Assembly: GCA_012862495.1 (NCBI GenBank)
Contig: BLSG01000162.1
Span: forward strand, 115,789 to 179,788
Reading direction: 5' to 3'
DNA length: 64,000 bases
From: Thraustochytrium aureum
Lineage: Eukaryota
Notes under the pieces: model-generated
The model's input: only the letters and a program-made list of their open reading frames with translations
What the model was told of the DNA's origin: nothing
Databases searched by the model: none
Shown: piece after piece, positions 1-11,591 of the stretch
Numbering within the stretch: position 1 is the first letter of the stretch
How the letters are laid out: each line of letters starts with the position of its first letter
Program-made: the position numbers and the translations under genes

Positions 1-1
1 G

Positions 2-544
2 CTATCACCCAAGGAGGCGCCCTTGTCGTCTTCCTCCTCGGCGTCCTCGAATGCGGCTGCCGGGGCAGTGCGCAGGTTTGCTATTGAGACGGACGAGGGC
101 GAGCTGGAGGCCACAGAAGAAGGGATGCGCGAGGCGGATGAGGTCACGCTGCCCTCCAAGGTTCTGAGCTGGCACGCCAAGTACAAGCCGCGCAAGCCCA
201 AGTTCAACAACAGGGTGCGGACCGGGTTCATGTGGACCAAGTACAACAAAGCGCATTACGACAGCGACAACCCGCCGCCCAAGAGCGTGGTGGGCTACAA
301 GTTTAACGTGTTTTACCCTGACCTGGTGGACAAGAGCAAGGCGCCGCAATTCAAACTTGAAGCGGCAGACTCGCCGGAGTTTGCGATCCTGCGGTTCACG
401 GCAGGCCCGCCGTATGAGGACATTGCCTTCAAGATCGTAAACAAGGAGTGGCGGACGGGGCGCAAGTCGGGCTTTCGATGTGTGTTTGAGCGGGGCGTGC
501 TGCAGCTGCACTTTCAGATCAAGCGGCTGTACTACCGGCGCTAG
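2..544 (+). CDS. CACTIN: Cactin, C-terminal domain (5'-partial; frame is open from the window start)
   Basis: KYKPRKPKFNNRVRTGFMWTKYNKAHYDSDNPPPKSVVGYKFNVFYPDL...FTAGPPYEDIAFKIVNKEW...RLYYRR matches the conserved cactin C-terminus. Confidence 0.93.
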   Translation, partial: LSPKEAPLSSSSSASSNAAAGAVRRFAIETDEGELEATEEGMREADEVTLPSKVLSWHAKYKPRKPKFNNRVRTGFMWTKYNKAHYDSDNPPPKSVVGYKFNVFYPDLVDKSKAPQFKLEAADSPEFAILRFTAGPPYEDIAFKIVNKEWRTGRKSGFRCVFERGVLQLHFQIKRLYYRR

Positions 545-752
545 GAAGGCCCTGTCGTGGGCGGCCCTCGTTCAGGAGCTAGCCGTCGTTGCGGACCCCA
601 GCTCTCTCTGGAGAGAGACGGCGCGAAGCACGGTCGTGTGACCGGCTTGCGCCGTGCGCCTCCCGCCAGAGCCCGCGAGAGCCCGCCAGAGAGCGCACGG
701 CCAAGAGGTTGTGCGTACCCAAGCGAGCACCAAGCGAGCAGGCGAAAGCGAA

Positions 753-796
753 GGAGAAAGCATTGAAATGGAATGGAGAAAGCATTGAAATGGAAT
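753..796. repeat. 22-bp direct tandem repeat x2 (GGAGAAAGCATTGAAATGGAAT) between convergent genes
   Basis: Two adjacent copies read directly from the sequence. Confidence 0.85.
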
Positions 797-804
797 GGGG
801 TTGT

Positions 805-1530
805 TTATTCCCGCTTGTCGGCGCTGTTGCTCGCCAATTGCCGTGCCCGGTATGCGCGGTAGTGATCGTCCGTGCCCATGGCCCAGTCCCAGAATCGCGT
901 GTACCCGCCGTACATGCCCACGTTGTGAGAGTGGTGAAAGTCGTGGGCCCGAGAGCAGTCGACCCCAAGCCACTCGATGGTCCAGGGGGAAAGCGGAAAC
1001 GGCAGCGCAAAGCTCGAGTGCGCGTCGATGGACTGGTAAACCTTGAGGCACAAGTAGAGCCAAAACACCGAGACGTGCGTGCCGAGGAGCAGCGGGCCGG
1101 CCGCAGAGGAGAGCGAGTTCACAAGCAGGCCCTCGAGCGGATGCGCGTACTCGACCGCGATCGGCAGGCAGTGCTTGAACTCGTGGTGCTGTTTGTGGAT
1201 CCAGGAATAAAACCATCTGTGGTGCGCGAGGCGGTGTGACCAGTAAAATAGGAAATCGTCGATCTGCGTGCAGACCAGCACCTGCCACAGCACGGTTTGC
1301 CACGATGGGAGCGTGGGGCCCATCTCCAGCAGCGCCGCGAAGATGGGGTAGGTCGCGAAGAGAACAAGCGGGCGCACCACGAGGTGGTCGCCCAGGACCT
1401 CGCGCAGGCATTTGATTACTAGTTGCCGCGGCGGGTACGGCTGCCGCTTGAGGATCCTGTACTGCGGCAGAAGGTCGAAGTGGTCGATGGCCCAGTAGAA
1501 GACCTGGCAAGTCCAGAAGACGGCTTCCAG
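805..1530 (-). CDS. Sterol desaturase/fatty acid hydroxylase family, C-4 methylsterol oxidase (ERG25/SMO)-like; N-terminus lost in gap
   Basis: Histidine boxes FYWSHRLAH, IHKQHH, HDFHH plus EYAHPLE and FWDWAMGTD. Confidence 0.88.
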   Translation of the reverse strand: MEAVFWTCQVFYWAIDHFDLLPQYRILKRQPYPPRQLVIKCLREVLGDHLVVRPLVLFATYPIFAALLEMGPTLPSWQTVLWQVLVCTQIDDFLFYWSHRLAHHRWFYSWIHKQHHEFKHCLPIAVEYAHPLEGLLVNSLSSAAGPLLLGTHVSVFWLYLCLKVYQSIDAHSSFALPFPLSPWTIEWLGVDCSRAHDFHHSHNVGMYGGYTRFWDWAMGTDDHYRAYRARQLASNSADKRE

Positions 1531-2149
1531 NNNNNNNNNNNNNNNNNNNNNNNNNNNNNNNNNNNNNNNNNNNNNNNNNNNNNNNNNNNNNNNNNNNNNN
1601 NNNNNNNNNNNNNNNNNNNNNNNNNNNNNNNNNNNNNNNNNNNNNNNNNNNNNNNNNNNNNNNNNNNNNNNNNNNNNNNNNNNNNNNNNNNNNNNNNNNN
1701 NNNNNNNNNNNNNNNNNNNNNNNNNNNNNNNNNNNNNNNNNNNNNNNNNNNNNNNNNNNNNNNNNNNNNNNNNNNNNNNNNNNNNNNNNNNNNNNNNNNN
1801 NNNNNNNNNNNNNNNNNNNNNNNNNNNNNNNNNNNNNNNNNNNNNNNNNNNNNNNNNNNNNNNNNNNNNNNNNNNNNNNNNNNNNNNNNNNNNNNNNNNN
1901 NNNNNNNNNNNNNNNNNNNNNNNNNNNNNNNNNNNNNNNNNNNNNNNNNNNNNNNNNNNNNNNNNNNNNNNNNNNNNNNNNNNNNNNNNNNNNNNNNNNN
2001 NNNNNNNNNNNNNNNNNNNNNNNNNNNNNNNNNNNNNNNNNNNNNNNNNNNNNNNNNNNNNNNNNNNNNNNNNNNNNNNNNNNNNNNNNNNNNNNNNNNN
2101 NNNNNNNNNNNNNNNNNNCTGTTCTGTGATTGGTCGGCTGCGCGTCTTG

Positions 2150-4308
2150 CTACTTGCGCTGGGCCCAGTAGTCGCGCAGGGAGGTGCCCGAAGCGGCGAG
2201 GTCGGCGAGCAGCTTGCTGGGCTGGAACTGCCAGCCCGGCAACTCCGGCGAGCGCTCCAAGTGCTTGCGCAGGGCCTCGGCAACGGCCGGCAGACCGACA
2301 ACCTGGTCGGCGTAAAACATGGGAGGGCTGTAGCGCGGAGCGCCGTATCCGGCGCCCCAGCAGACGTCAATGTCGGAAGGGCGGCTCGCGATGCCCTCCT
2401 CGAGAATGCGCATGCCCTCGTTGACCATGGGGTACAGGCATCGCTCGAGTATCTCCTGGTCGGAGATGGCGTCGGCGCGCGCGGCGACGCCGTGCTTGGC
2501 ACGGTGGTCCTCGCAGAGCTGCGCCACGACGGCATCTTCAACGGGCTTGCGGCCGTCGTACGTGTACCAGCCGGCGCCGGTCTTTTGGCCGAGGCGACCG
2601 GCGTCAACGAGAGCGTCGGCGAGAGCCATCCAGGTGGCGCCGCGGCGGCCCTGGACGTTCTCGGGCGTGTGCGGGAAGTACGACTCGCGGCGGATCCGGT
2701 ATCCGATGTCGTTGCCAGCGAGGTCTAGAACCGCGAGGGGGCCCATGGCAAAGCCAAAGTTGTAGAGCACCCTGTCGATCTGCGAGGGGGAGGCGCCCTC
2801 CTCGAGGAGGCAGACGGCCTGCTGCACGTAGGGCTCGAACATGCGGTTGCCGATGAAACCAAAGCAGTTGCCGGCGAGCACGGTGGTCTTGCCAATGGTC
2901 TTGCCCATTTTCATCGCCGTGGCGATGGCGGCAGCGCCAGTGTGCGTCCCGCGCACGTTTTCGAGGAGCGGCATGACGTTTGCCGGGGAGAAAAAGTGCG
3001 TCCCGATGAGCATCTCGGGCCGGCCGCTGGCCGCGCCGATGACGTCCACATCCAGGTATGACGTGTTGGTGCAGAGGAGCGTCTCGTCCTTGCAGACCTT
3101 GCCGAGGCGCGAGAAAATGTCCTTCTTCAGGTCCATGTTTTCGAAGACGGCCTCGATGACGGCGTCGCAGCCCTTGAGCGCGCCAAAGTCGGCGTCGAGC
3201 GAGCCGGAGAAGAGGCCCATGCGCTGGTCGAGGTCGCTCTCTGTCATCTTGCCCGAGCGAAAGGCGGAGGACTTTTGGTAGAGGCCCTTGATGGCGCCTT
3301 TGCAGGCGTCGAGTGCTTCTTGCGAGGTCTCGGAGAGGGTGACGGGGATGCCGCGGTTCATAAAGCACATGGCGATTCCGCGGCCCATGGTTCCGCCGCC
3401 GATGACGCCAACGCTCTCGATAGGGCGCGCGGCCTTGGCGTCGACGCCAGGCACCTTGGAGCACTCGCGCTCGGCGAAAAACATGTACTGCATCGCCTTG
3501 GCCTGGTTGCCCGCCATGAGGCCCTCGAAGAGCTCTGCCTCCACCTGGAGGCCGGCCGCGAAGGAGGGCGCCTTTTCCGCGCCGGCCACGGCGTCCACGA
3601 TGCGCTGCGGGGCCAGCTGGCCGCGAGCGCGCTTGGCGAGCGTGGCCTTTGCCTGCTCGTAGACGCTCGGGTCGGCGGGGATGACCTTGCGGGCCGAGAT
3701 GCGCGGCAGGCGCGCGGCGTCCGGGACGGCGAGTACGGTCTCGTGGACAAACTTGAGCGCGCCTTCGAGGAGCTCATCTGGCGTCTTGCCATCCACCAGG
3801 GCGTCGACGAGGCCCATCTTGTTCGCCGCGGCGCGGGCACGGGGCGGCCGCTGGTCATCATGTCGATGGCCGCCTCGACACCAACGACGCGCGGGAGGCG
3901 CTGTGTGCCGCCAGCGCCGGGCAGGATCCCCAGGTGGACCTCTGGGAGGCCAAGGCGCGCGCTCGGGAGTGCGACGCGGTAGTGGCAGGCGAGCGCGGTC
4001 TCCAGGCCGCCGCCCAGGGCGGTGCCGTGGATGGCGGCCACGAGCGGGATACCCGACTCGTCAAACTCGCGAATAACCTGGTTGAGGTCAGGCTCATCGC
4101 GCCACGCCCCAGTCGCAAACTCTGTGATGTCCGCTCCCGCCGGAAACGTGGCGCCATCGCCCATCACGACGACGGCCTTGGCACCGTCGGCCTTGGCCTG
4201 CTTGAGCCCCATCAAGAGCCCATTTCGCACGGCCTTGGAGAGCCCATTCACGGGTGGGTTGAGCGCGCTTACGACCGCGACGCCGTTCTTCAACGCGTAC
4301 TTTGACAT
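2150..4308 (-). CDS. Bifunctional enoyl-CoA hydratase/3-hydroxyacyl-CoA dehydrogenase (EHHADH/MFE1-like), one frameshift near 3830
   Basis: Crotonase motifs (NPPVNGL, FPAGADI, ALGGGLE, GLPEVHLGILPGAGGTQRLPR) in ORF 3358-4470 continue into the HADH motifs (VIGGGTMGRGIA, EAVFE, NTS, THFFSPAN, GFIGNRM) of ORF 2150-3817. Confidence 0.92.
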
Positions 4309-5244
4309 TCTCGCGTCTGCCTTTCGCGCGCGCGTCCGTCCCAAGCACTCTCTCCGCGGCTGCTCTGCGCGCCCTGGTTGCTGTTCTGGAGTCGCCGTCC
4401 TGTGCGTCTTCAAGTTCGTGCAGTGGTTGGGAGGATCGGACCTAAGTACTTGAGAGAAGAAGAGACACATTCATCGAGTACCAGCCAGTGCGAACGATGT
4501 GCTCGACGACATCCGGGCAAGTCGAGGAATGGGGTCGCGCGGCCTCGTCCGGGATCACNNNNNNNNNNNNNNNNNNNNNNNNNNNNNNNNNNNNNNNNNN
4601 NNNNNNNNNNNNNNNNNNNNNNNNNNNNNNNNNNNNNNNNNNNNNNNNNNNNNNNNNNNNNNNNNNNNNNNNNNNNNNNNNNNNNNNNNNNNNNNNNNNN
4701 NNNNNNNNNNNNNNNNNNNNNNNNNNNNNNNNNNNNNNNNNNNNNNNNNNNNNNNNNNNNNNNNNNNNNNNNNNNNNNNNNNNNNNNNNNNNNNNGCCCA
4801 GGGCAAGCAGGGCTGCGAGCACGGGTCTCGTTTGACCCTGTGAGCTCGTGGCCTCGTGGCCGTGCGCGCTCGCGCGTATTTGGGCTTTGTCAACACGACT
4901 TGATCAAGACGCGCTTGCTCGTTTCGCTCGAACTCAGGAGCGCCGCTAGAGCAAGAGGTCGAGCCCAAGCAAGAGCCGCAATGCTTCGAGGCTCTCGAGG
5001 CACTCTCTTTTTTTTCTTCTTTCTGGATTTGGTTGGGGTCGCGCCTGCTCGTCGTGAATGCCAGCGCTGTGGAAAATGGCGAAATGGCCTTTCGGGCGTG
5101 CGGCCTTCGCGCACGGCCGTGGCGCAGGTTGCCGCGTGGAGTAGTTTGCGTATCTCTAGAGTTAGTCTGGTTGTTGTGCGAACATGGGAATTGATTTGAT
5201 TTTGCTTCTCGAGATCTTGGAGCAGCGCTTTGGAGTGAGTGGAG

Positions 5245-5332
5245 GCGCCTGGAAACGTACGCCCGGGGACGATCCCCGGGTCGCTCGGCGCGCCTGGAAA
5301 CGTACGCCCGGGGACGATCCCCGGGTCGCTCG
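5245..5332. repeat. 45-bp period direct repeat x2, each copy containing the inverted repeat CCCGGGGA-CGA-TCCCCGGG
   Basis: Copies start at 5245 and 5290, immediately downstream of the amine oxidase stop codon. Confidence 0.85.
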
Positions 5333-5337
5333 CGCGC

Positions 5338-7400
5338 TCAAAAGAGCGCGAGCATGTTGGCGAGCACAAGTTGCGCGGTCTCGACGCAGCCGGCCGTCCA
5401 GCCCTGGTGCGCGCTGAAGGCGTCGCCGATGACGTGGACGCGCGAGCGGTCGAGCGCGCCATTGGCGATGACCGGGATCATGGCCTTGGGCGCGATGTCA
5501 ACCGTCCACTTGTGCGAGCCATTGGCCAGTAGCGGAAGATGGTAGAGGACCAGTCGGGCTCGGGGATCTCGTCGTCGCCGTGGAGCTCCCTGACTTGGTC
5601 GAAGACCTCGCGCGCGGCGGCCTTCGGGTCTGCCGTGAAGCGGTCGTTCCAGTACCGGGCGTGCTCACCAGACGAGTAGCAGAGCAGGTCCTCGTTGTCG
5701 TAGTAGTGGAGCTGGCGGATGTGCAAGTCGGTCGTGGACTTGCCCTGCTTGAACCCGCGCTGCTTCCACCACTGCTTTTGGCCAGGCGCTCGCTTCCACT
5801 CCAGGAATACCTTGAAGAGCGGGATGGCCTTGACCGTGTCCTCTACGAGGGCTTTGCGTGAGGCGTCGACGGAAGGGACCGCGTCGAGCAAAGCGACAAG
5901 CGCGTCCTGCGGTAGGGCGCAGATGACATGCGACGCGCGAACGGTCGCCTCCACGCCGTCGCGATCGCGGTACTGGACGGTGCGCGCGTCAGAGCCGGTG
6001 CCGGTGATGCCGACCACCTCCTGGCTGTACATGACGCGCGCGTTGCTGCGCGAGAGCAGGCGGCGCACGACCTCCTGGTAGCCCTCCTTGACGTAGCGCT
6101 GGTCGTTGTCGTGCGAGGCGTCGTAGAGGTCGCCTTCCTTGACGAAAAGCGCGGCCTGCACATCGTCGTCGGAGAAGATGTCGTAGCCGGAGAATGCGAA
6201 GAAGGCCTCCAGCTCCTCCTCTGAGGCGCCGTACTTTAGCATGAACGCGCGCAAGCTCTGGCCCGTGAGCTCGTTGCTGGCGAGGGGGTCCTTGGCGGCC
6301 TCTTCGGGCATTTCGGTACGGAACGCGTCCATGCAGTCGGCGAACAGCTGCCTGGGCGAGCGGCCGGCGACGTGAAACTCGCGCTTGCGCGAGCGCTCGC
6401 CCTTGTAGTAGAACAGGTTGGTGCTGTCCTCGAGGCGGACCGGGGAGAGGTGGCAGCCCACTTCCTTGATAATGTTCACGACGGCCGAGTGCACGCCGCC
6501 CAGTACGCGCATGCCTCCGAGCTCGTCGAGGTTGGCCTCGTTGTCCGGGTCGTTGTCGTCCGAGAGCAGGCGGCCGCCGCAGTCGCCCTCCTTCTCGAGC
6601 AGGACGACCTGCAGGTCCGGGCGGCACTTGGTGAGCTGATAGGCCATGTAGGCGCCGCTGAAGCCTGCGCCCACGATGACCACGTCGGCGCGCTCAGGGG
6701 GGTCGTCCAGGTTGGTGGTCGCGGCGAAGGCTGCGGCGGAGGCAGCCAGCTCAGCAGGCCCACCGGCGGACCGCCCCTTGCCGAGGATGCGCTTGGAGAA
6801 CCGCTTGGAGAGGCGCCGAAGCATGGCTGTGCCCTCCTTGCTGCGCTGGCGGGAGATGGCCGTCTGCTTGTCCATCCCGCCGAAGAGGGGGCGCGCATGC
6901 AACTGCTTGGCCTCGGCGCGCGCCGCGCGCTCGCGCTCGCGCTGCTTGGCGACGGGGTGGAATAGGGAGCGCCGCTCCCAGCCTCCGCCGTACATGGGGC
7001 GGCGCAGGGCCGCCTCGGCGTCCTTGCGAGCGTCGCGCTCGCGCGAGGCATTCTTGGCGCCCGGGCGGAAGAACGACTTGCGCTCGTTGCCGGAGAACTT
7101 GGGCCGGTGGAGTTTTTTCTCCGACTCTTGCCTGGCCAGGCGCTCTTTCTCCTTGCTCTTGATGAAGGGGTGGTACAGGCTGCGCCGCTCCCAGCCGCCG
7201 CGGAAGACGGGTTTGCGCAGCGCCTCGCGGGCCTGCTTCTCGGCAGCGTCTTGCGACTTTTTGTGCTTTTCGCCCTTCGCCACCACCCCGCTCCCGAAAA
7301 ACTGCGGCCGCCTCCACCGCTGCTGCGCCTCGGTAGCATCAGCCTTTTCCTTCTCGATGCGCGCCTTCTGGCGCAGCCGCCACGCCTCCGGCCCCAGCAT
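5338..7400 (-). CDS. Flavin-containing amine oxidase/L-amino acid oxidase family protein with N-terminal repeat region; frameshift near 5523
   Basis: FAD-binding DVVIVGAGFSG...EKEGDCGGRL and ELGGMR. A one-base correction at YWP gives NGSHKW...VHVIGDAFSAHQGWTAGCVETA...LF*, the typical C-terminal FAD motif. Start codon uncertain. Confidence 0.85.
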
Positions 7401-9275
7401 GTTCACCGCCTCCTTGGCCTCTACAACAACGACAACGACGACCTCGACGACGAGGACGACGACGACGACCGGGTCGTGTCGAGCGCGACGGGCCCCTTGC
7501 AAGCAGCGGCACGAACCACGCTGCAGCAGCCGCTGACAACGGTCCCTGCGAGCGCGCCGCGCCTGTCCGCGAGCCGGCAAGTGGGCCGCCGCGCGATGGA
7601 ATCGAGCTCGCGCTGGGAGTCTGCTGCACCCAGGACGGCTGCCAGTGGCCTCGCTCGCTTTTTCGCGTCCGCAGTCACAGGGGCACTCGGGCACTCCTCT
7701 CCAGCATCCCGGGTCCTCCTCGCCGCTCCGCACAAGGTGAGCGTGGCGCTGCGTGGTGCGCCTACGAAACGGTGTATGCGTTGAGCGGAGACGTTTGCGA
7801 AGTGGACACCAGGAGAAACGGGACGCGGCGCACGCGGCGAGCCCCGGCAAGGTGGGCGGAGGTTGGAAGCGCGCACGGGTGTCGCCTGGTGCCCCCTGAT
7901 NNNNNNNNNNNNNNNNNNNNNNNNNNNNNNNNNNNNNNNNNNNNNNNNNNNNNNNNNNNNNNNNNNNNNNNNNNNNNNNNNNNNNNNNNNNNNNNNNNNN
8001 NNNNNNNNNNNNNNNNNNNNNNNNNNNNNNNNNNNNNNNNNNNNNNNNNNNNNNNNNNNNNNNNNNNNNNNNNNNNNNNNNNNNNNNNNNNNNNNNNNNN
8101 NNNNNNNNNNNNNNNNNNNNNNNNNNNNNNNNNNNNNNNNNNNNNNNNNNNNNNNNNNNNNNNNNNNNNNNNNNNNNNNNNNNNNNNNNNNNNNNNNNNN
8201 NNNNNNNNNNNNNNNNNNNNNNNNNNNNNNNNNNNNNNNNNNNNNNNNNNNNNNNNNNNNNNNNNNNNNNNNNNNNNNNNNNNNNNNNNNNNNNNNNNNN
8301 NNNNNNNNNNNNNNNNNNNNNNNNNNNNNNNNNNNNNNNNNNNNNNNNNNNNNNNNNNNNNNNNNNNNNNNNNNNNNNNNNNNNNNNNNNNNNNNNNNNN
8401 NNNNNNNNNNNNNNNNNNNNNNNNNNNNNNNNNNNNNNNNNNNNNNNNNNNNNNNNNNNNNNNNNNNNNNNNNNNNNNNNNNNNNNNNNNNNNNNNNNNN
8501 NNNNNNNNNNNNNNNNNNNNNNNNNNNNNNNNNNNNNNNNNGGGTAGTTGGTCTGGTTGGTCCCATTGCACGCGGGCAGTAATCCACAGATCGCTCAAGC
8601 TTGCGTGCTTGCATGGACATGCGGAATCGTTGCGGGTCTGCATCTCATCTGCGCTCGCGGCAAGTCCGAGAGATGAATTCCGATTCTGCATTCTGAACTG
8701 CTCTTGTCCACATGACTCGGGCCGCCACAAAGCGACCGCTCTCGGTTTTTCGCACCCGTCCGGTGCGTCTCTCCTCCTTGGTTGGCTCCACGGGCGGACC
8801 GAATGCAAATCCAGTGCAGTGGCCGGGCGCCAGCCAGCCTGACTCGGAGATGAGGTGTGCGTGGCTTGCATGCACCGCTGGCGCAGAGGGCGAATCAGCC
8901 AGAGCGACACCACCTGTTTTCACGATAGGTAGACCTTGGGTAGACTGTCCAGAAAGAAAAGCAAACTCAATGTGGAACGACCACCCTGGCCGACGCGAGT
9001 CTAGCTCAAAAAAGTGCGCAGCGTGCCGATCACAGAATGTAGCACACGCCGCTTGCTTGCTGGCCTGTTTCTTGCGCAAAGCACACGTGGTCGCGCTCTG
9101 CGGTAGGTAGGTACTCACCTACTCTGCCGACTCCTTCTTTCTTTCATGACAGGCAGAGCTACAACAGTGTCGCGAATTTCTGCGCCTGTCGGTCCGGCAG
9201 CGCCAAGTCGTGGGCTCGAGCAGCAGGACTGGAGACCGGGAGCCCTGGCCCGCGGCCACCGCTCAGAGGACCAGG

Positions 9276-11591
9276 ATGGCGAGCGTGCTAGGGGGCACGA
9301 TCAGCACGAGGTCGGTCTGCACGTTCCCGAACACTTTCAGCGAAGCCGCTTTGGAGATATACCGCGCCAACACAAGCGCCGCCGAGCTCAGCCCTGCGGA
9401 CTGCACGCGGACGTATGGCGAGTTTCTCGGCGTGGGCTGGATCCTGTTTCAGGTCTGCATCGCAGCGACGAATGGGCTCTACGTCGTGCCCGTGCTGCTG
9501 CACCGCCTGTGGCGCCTCAAGGCGTTCGCCAAGTCGGTTCATCGCCCGTACATGAGCCTGACGCAGCCACGAGTCTACTTGTGCGCGCTCGCGATCGCGG
9601 TGGCGCTGCTGGCCGAGATGGTCGACCCCCTCGGGTTCCACGACCTCGTGGTGCCCCACGTCTACTTTTTGTGCGACGAGGTTATCGCCAGCACCTGCTT
9701 CGTGCTCGCCCTGCTGATTGTGGACTTTTGGTGCCTCTGCGCCAAGGGCATGCGGCGCAACCAAAGCGGGCTGCCCAAGTCCGTCATGGCGTCCCTGAGC
9801 TTGCTTGCATACGCCAACTTCATCGGGTTTCAGGTCACCGGCATGCTAGACTACTCCAACTACTTTGTGTGGGAAGGGGTCAAGATGTTTTGCGGCGTCC
9901 TCCTCCTCTTCGTGATCGCCGCGGTCGCGTGGTTCTATGTAAGACGCATCGAGCGCTCTCTGCTTGCCATACAAGCCTCGCAAGCCGACTCCGAAGCGCA
10001 AGAGTTTGGCCAGGGAACCTCGCCCGCCCAGAACAGCGGTAGCGGTAGCGGCGACAAAGACGACCTCGAGCGAGGCGAGCCCCCAAAGCCAAAGCCGTCA
10101 GCAGCCAAAATCTTCAAGACCAAAAGCGCCCACGCGCTCAAGAAAGCCGCAACCTCTGTCCTGAACTCGTCCTCCAGCAATTTGAGCCCCACCGCAAGGA
10201 TCATCAAGCAGCTCAAGGCAAAGTACCGCCAGTTCTTCCTGCTCATTGGCCTGAGCTCGCTGGTGATGTGCGCCAATGGCGCTCTCGCAATCGCGCGCCC
10301 GGCTGAAAGGCTGTCCTGGGGCTACGATGTTCTGGAGGTTGATGTGTACGTCTTTGCCGCTGTGCTCAAGGTGCTGTACACGTTGGTCGCACTCTTGGTT
10401 ATCAGGTTCTTCCACGTCCCGGGAGGCCGCCCCTCCGCTATGGCGTCCTCCAGCAAGACGGGGGGCTCTTCCAACCCGCCCAACTCGAGCTCCAATATTC
10501 CGGCCAACTCGAGCTTTGTGACGTCGCTGGCCAACAGGGTTGCGCCGTTCTCGTCCAAGGAGGAAAGCGGGAGCTACCAGTCAGACTACCCGCGCCCGTC
10601 GCGCACCCAAGTGGCCTCCATATACGACATGGACGAAGGGCGCACGCAAGCAAATGAGGTCTTGCAGTCGATGCTCAAGGACCCGGTGCAGCGCGCCGAG
10701 TTTCTTGCGTTCTGCGAAACCATGCACGGGCACGAAAGCGTCTTGTGCTACGCGGCGATCCTCGATTTTGAAAGCGAGGTCGCAAAGGGCGGTTCAGGCA
10801 CGCCAGGCGCTCTCGCGGCGGCAAAGCACGTCTTGGCGACCTTTCTCGTTGAGGGAGCGCCATATCCGGTCAACATCTCCGCGCACAACTTGGCGAGCAT
10901 CCGCCAGCACGCGCGTCGGGACGGATCACCTGTAGGCATCACCGCGGCAAGTTTCTCTAGGATCAAGCGCGAGCTCTTTGACATCATGGACGACAATTTT
11001 TTTCGGTCCGTTCCAAGAAACCCGCAGTGGCTGGTCTTATTGATGCGACGCGCCGCCGCTTGCGTTCCGAAGCCCGCCCGGGCCGCGCGAGATGCCAAGC
11101 GAAGTCGATTAGCAATGCCTGAAACCAACCCCTCTGGCTCGTCCGTATCATTGCCCAGCCCAAAGCGGTCTCTTGGATCGCTCGTTCAGGGCTCTCTCTC
11201 ACCGCTGCGCGGCGGTTTGCGACACGTCCCCAGCTTTTCGGCCGTTCACGGCGGCGCGCTCCACGAGCAGCAGAAGCACAGGCTCCTCGACGTCCTTGGC
11301 CCCAGGGAAGATGGAAGCGCGTTCAATGAGGCCCCGCGGCGTCGGAACAGGCACGGACGCGGAACGGGCAAGACGCCGTTAGTTGACGCGAACTGCAACC
11401 CGACGAGTTGGGGCGAAAACGCGAGCCCGTTCGGACCTGGGCTCCTGCGAGGAAGAGCTGCGAGGCTTGGCTCTCGCAGGCCGTTCTGGCACGCAAGTTC
11501 TCGCCATCGCACAATCTCGCGCGTGAACCCGCCCATCTACCCCTATCCTCGTGACCTCCGCTACTTTCTTATAAAATGCGTTGAAATTTGA
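9276..11591 (+). CDS. Seven-transmembrane protein fused to an RGS (regulator of G-protein signalling) domain
   Basis: Seven hydrophobic segments with a long polar loop between TM5 and TM6, then LQSMLKDPVQRAEFLAFCETMHGHESVLCY...FLVEGAPYPVNIS...FSRIKRELFDIMDDNFF (RGS pattern). Confidence 0.82.
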   Translation: MASVLGGTISTRSVCTFPNTFSEAALEIYRANTSAAELSPADCTRTYGEFLGVGWILFQVCIAATNGLYVVPVLLHRLWRLKAFAKSVHRPYMSLTQPRVYLCALAIAVALLAEMVDPLGFHDLVVPHVYFLCDEVIASTCFVLALLIVDFWCLCAKGMRRNQSGLPKSVMASLSLLAYANFIGFQVTGMLDYSNYFVWEGVKMFCGVLLLFVIAAVAWFYVRRIERSLLAIQASQADSEAQEFGQGTSPAQNSGSGSGDKDDLERGEPPKPKPSAAKIFKTKSAHALKKAATSVLNSSSSNLSPTARIIKQLKAKYRQFFLLIGLSSLVMCANGALAIARPAERLSWGYDVLEVDVYVFAAVLKVLYTLVALLVIRFFHVPGGRPSAMASSSKTGGSSNPPNSSSNIPANSSFVTSLANRVAPFSSKEESGSYQSDYPRPSRTQVASIYDMDEGRTQANEVLQSMLKDPVQRAEFLAFCETMHGHESVLCYAAILDFESEVAKGGSGTPGALAAAKHVLATFLVEGAPYPVNISAHNLASIRQHARRDGSPVGITAASFSRIKRELFDIMDDNFFRSVPRNPQWLVLLMRRAAACVPKPARAARDAKRSRLAMPETNPSGSSVSLPSPKRSLGSLVQGSLSPLRGGLRHVPSFSAVHGGALHEQQKHRLLDVLGPREDGSAFNEAPRRRNRHGRGTGKTPLVDANCNPTSWGENASPFGPGLLRGRAARLGSRRPFWHASSRHRTISRVNPPIYPYPRDLRYFLIKCVEI

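Noticed and set aside
2120..2152. Possible stop-codon readthrough (TAG CAA) creating a peroxisomal signal on the bifunctional enzyme
   Set aside because: The extension runs into a gap with no visible PTS1; unsupported.
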